Below are positions 60,884-64,000 of a stretch of 64,000 nucleotides of DNA, piece after piece. A model generated the notes under the pieces. That model did not search any database and had not been told where the DNA came from. It worked only from the letters and a program-made list of their open reading frames with translations. The number at the start of each line of letters is the position of its first letter. The first letter of the stretch is position 1. The position numbers and the translations under genes are program-made. This DNA comes from Saccostrea echinata (Eukaryota): assembly GCF_033153115.1 (NCBI RefSeq), contig NW_026889755.1, positions 13,764,001 through 13,828,000 on the forward strand, read 5' to 3'.

Positions 60884-63093
60884 GTCTGAATGTAAATATA
60901 TTATTCTCTTATATTATTATTCTCTTTATTATTTATTAGGAGTGTTTTTGATCTTCATAAGTCAGCTATTGTTTTTATGCTTCCAACTATTTATATAATA
61001 ATTCCCTGGCGTTAATGTCCATTTTGTTCCTGCAAGAAAAGTTACTCGAAGGACGTATCTAATTACTCCGTGGAAAATCTACACAGAAATTAATTAAAAA
61101 GAATGCAATCTGGAGTCATCCGTTTCATTTCCCTCCCTGTTTAAAAACTAACTAGTAACTGTTATTGTCCTAAATGCCAAATTATTTACTAAATGTTTTA
61201 ACCATTTGAAAATCCTATGATTTTGCAGTCTTGGTTAGTAACTCCGCGGACTAATTAAAAAAAACACTTCAAAATTGCCAATTTAAAAAAAAAAATATGT
61301 GTAAAGTTTATTGCAGTATAAAATAGCACTAATATTTTTATCAACTGAGCATATATTTTTCATTTCATATTATGTTTCCATGCACTATAAATTAATTCAA
61401 TAAATGATACGAGCTTTAAGTATACATGTAAGATATATACAAACGTTACAATACTAACAACTAATTGTCTGTAAAGAAACCTCAATTTGATTTAATAGAA
61501 TAATTTTATCAAGATGTCGAGATTGTAATTCAAAAAACCTGAATTTTTTTGTAAGTTATGTTTTTTACTACGACTTTTAACCGAGTAACACTGTGGACAT
61601 TTATTGTTGGGTCCATGTAAATATAATGTTTTTTAGTATGTGTTTATAGAATTCTTTGTGTTTTAACATTGTTTACGCACCTCTGATGTTTGATTGCTAA
61701 ATTAAAACTTTAAAAAAAACTAGATGGCAGCATTATTTTTTTCAAAATTCTGTTTGTGCAATTTGGACAAATTTTGAAATGACTCATCTATTTGTATTTC
61801 TTTTTTATTACAAAGTGTTATTAAAATCAGTCAAAAATTAAAGGTGTTGCATTTCGACATAATGTAAAAGTCAGACGGACACCTTATATCGCATAAACTC
61901 TCTTGGTCTTTGACAAGAACTAAAATCTGAATTATTATAGTTAATAACGCTCTATGTATAGTGAAGTATATTAAAGTGCAGTATATTTATAGTATAGTAT
62001 AATATACCACACTTGCTTAAGATGCTGAATCCAACTTACGTTCCGCATGAGTAACAAGGCTGAGGTGTATTGAAGCAGGTTTTTTTATTAAAGTGTTACT
62101 ATAAAACCTACACTGACTTCTATGGATATTACACATAGTAATGCACACTTTCAGGCTATTTTCTAGAAGAAGTAACCTCTTTAGAAATAACTGATTTGGA
62201 ATCTGGATCTTAACCACACATAATGGTTGATGTTAGAAAGTACACATGGGGAAATAAGTTATTTCTTTAGTAGTTCGGTAAAATAATTCATTCATGAGAA
62301 CGTGCATAAATATTTTAAACTTGCTTCAACTAAGTCTTCATTGTTATTATTTAATTTTCATCAGATATGTACCAATTTATGATCATATAAAAAAGGCTTT
62401 ACAATAGATGTTCACAATAGATACTCCCCATCATGGGAATGAGTGAAATATGAACACAATCGTTATGACTTTCCGTTTAAAAAATCCCGGTGGTAAAGTG
62501 AAAACTTGGTAAAACTAGTAAAAATTGTTTTGAGTATGCTACAGCTGCGATTTACACAATTATATTTTTTCAACACTTTGCATTTATTGTGTTGTCCATC
62601 AACGCGTATACATGCAGCATAGTCTGTAGAAATTGTCGGCATCATGACGTGACAAAAGATCCTGGTATTAGGACGTGGTTCATTGGAGATCTGAATATTT
62701 TTATTTTGACGGTAATTGTAACCACTGATTTTTACATTGATGAATCAATTGATAAACAAATGCACTGCAATTTTATTCACCTTGAAATTCGTGTTCTTTT
62801 TCTTTGAAGACTTAAATAAAAATGTTCACTTTTAGCTTTGGAAAACATGCGCTTTCCTTGAATAATTACTTTCGAAAGCACTTTTTGAAATACTTTTTTT
62901 TTGTTTGCGGCCGATTTGATGCTTTGCATCACATTTACTTGGTTTCTTGTAGCTATGTGAATCTAAATCGTTTGCAATCAAAGACAAACGAACCATTATT
63001 TACTTCGCGGTTAACCGATACGTCTTTTTTTCAGTAACAAAATACAATGTTATATAATTGTAGGTAATGTCAAGAGCCCAATTAATAACATAA

Positions 63094-63099
<6 letters not shown>

Positions 63100-63160
<61 letters not shown>

Positions 63161-63200
63161 TTGATTGATTGTGTATGTAGTTAACGTCCCTTTCGAGTAT
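63100..63200. repeat. (TA)n microsatellite plus a SINE tail stub
   Basis: (TA)n at 63100-63156 followed by ttgattgatt..aacgtccctttcgag. Confidence 0.85.
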
Positions 63201-63364
63201 AAAATGAGAACAATCAAGTTAAATTTTCCATCGTTACAAATTCTTTTCAGGAACATCCACTGGAGGAGAAATTTATGTTAATATTTATTTAAATTTTGAT
63301 CTCTATTGAAATGATTACTTACTTAAAATTACTAATGGCACTGTTAAATATTGCCTTCTGTCAT

Positions 63365-63547
63365 ATGATTGATTCGGCTTACACAGAACTCGGGACTCTA
63401 AGTATACCAAATACATACGAAGATCTTCAGCCAAATGTCAATTCTGCGTTACCTAACGTTTATCTGGCTTACACGGAACTGGGAACTTTAGAACCATCAA
63501 GCACATACGAAGCTTTTCACCGTTATGTAGATTTTGACGAGATGTAG
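63365..63547 (+). CDS. Probable terminal exon of a membrane receptor with duplicated ITAM-like motifs (possibly pseudogenic)
   Basis: YTEL-x8-YEDL and YTEL-x8-YEAF 30 aa apart, then a stop; no clean splice acceptor identified. Confidence 0.45.
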   Translation: MIDSAYTELGTLSIPNTYEDLQPNVNSALPNVYLAYTELGTLEPSSTYEAFHRYVDFDEM

Positions 63548-63583
63548 CTGAATATCAACCCAGTGCCTGCGGGCTCGTAATGG

Positions 63584-63809
63584 CAGACCCGTAGGAAGCA
63601 ATTTCAGTTGGGGGGGGGGGCAACCATACATTTTCAGTTGGGGGGCACTATAAACTACCAAAAATTCCTTGACAAGCCAAAAAAAAAGGTTATCAGACGT
63701 TATTACTGAGGGGGCATAAGTATATAGTAGCTATATTTTCCATTGTATTCTATGCATCGGCAAAATTATGGGGGGGGGGGGGCACGGCCCCCCAGTTCCC
63801 ACGGCCATG
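63584..63809. mobile_element. hAT-like MITE
   Basis: Imperfect TIRs cagacccgtaggaa / ttcccacggccatg; partial copy at 10200-10332. Confidence 0.6.
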
Positions 63810-64000
63810 AATGGTGAAAAACATGTTTACTTCTGTGCTTTGTCTTGTATGGCGTAACGATCAGATATTTTTTTCGAAGATGTCATTTGTCTTGTAAATG
63901 TCTTGACATACATTGTAGTAGCAAATTTTTGTCGTTTATCATATCGTGTTGTACAAAGAAAATGACCACGCTCTCTTCTAACATGTGACCATCACGTAAC

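Overview
AT-rich eukaryotic DNA, almost certainly from an oyster/bivalve (inferred from ~166-168 bp Cg170/HindIII-type satellite arrays inside Helentron-derived HINE elements and mollusc-type tRNA-SINEs). The window is a nested transposon graveyard with no intact host gene. It holds five separate, mutually divergent tyrosine-recombinase (DIRS/Ngaro-like) retrotransposon copies. The one at about 44.0-49.8 kb is near complete (SGNH hydrolase - Gag - RT/RNase H - YR). Also present: CR1/L2-group, I/Nimb-like, Penelope-like and Gypsy remnants; about eight tRNA-SINE copies, several with clean TSDs; several HINEs; three TTAA-flanked Kolobok-type non-autonomous elements; CA...TG foldback MITEs; MULE-, hAT- and Zator-like transposase remnants; and a probable receptor tail exon with a duplicated ITAM-like motif at the right edge. 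The most notable unexplained structure is that two unrelated YR elements each carry, just downstream of the recombinase ORF, a tandem array (period about 70-90 nt) of about 27-nt bulged hairpins whose stems co-vary on the sense strand. A similar hairpin doublet lies upstream of the 5' SGNH ORF of the near-complete copy, and SGNH ORFs occur on different sides of different copies, suggesting circular permutation or tandem integration. All family names come from motif recognition, not database searches.
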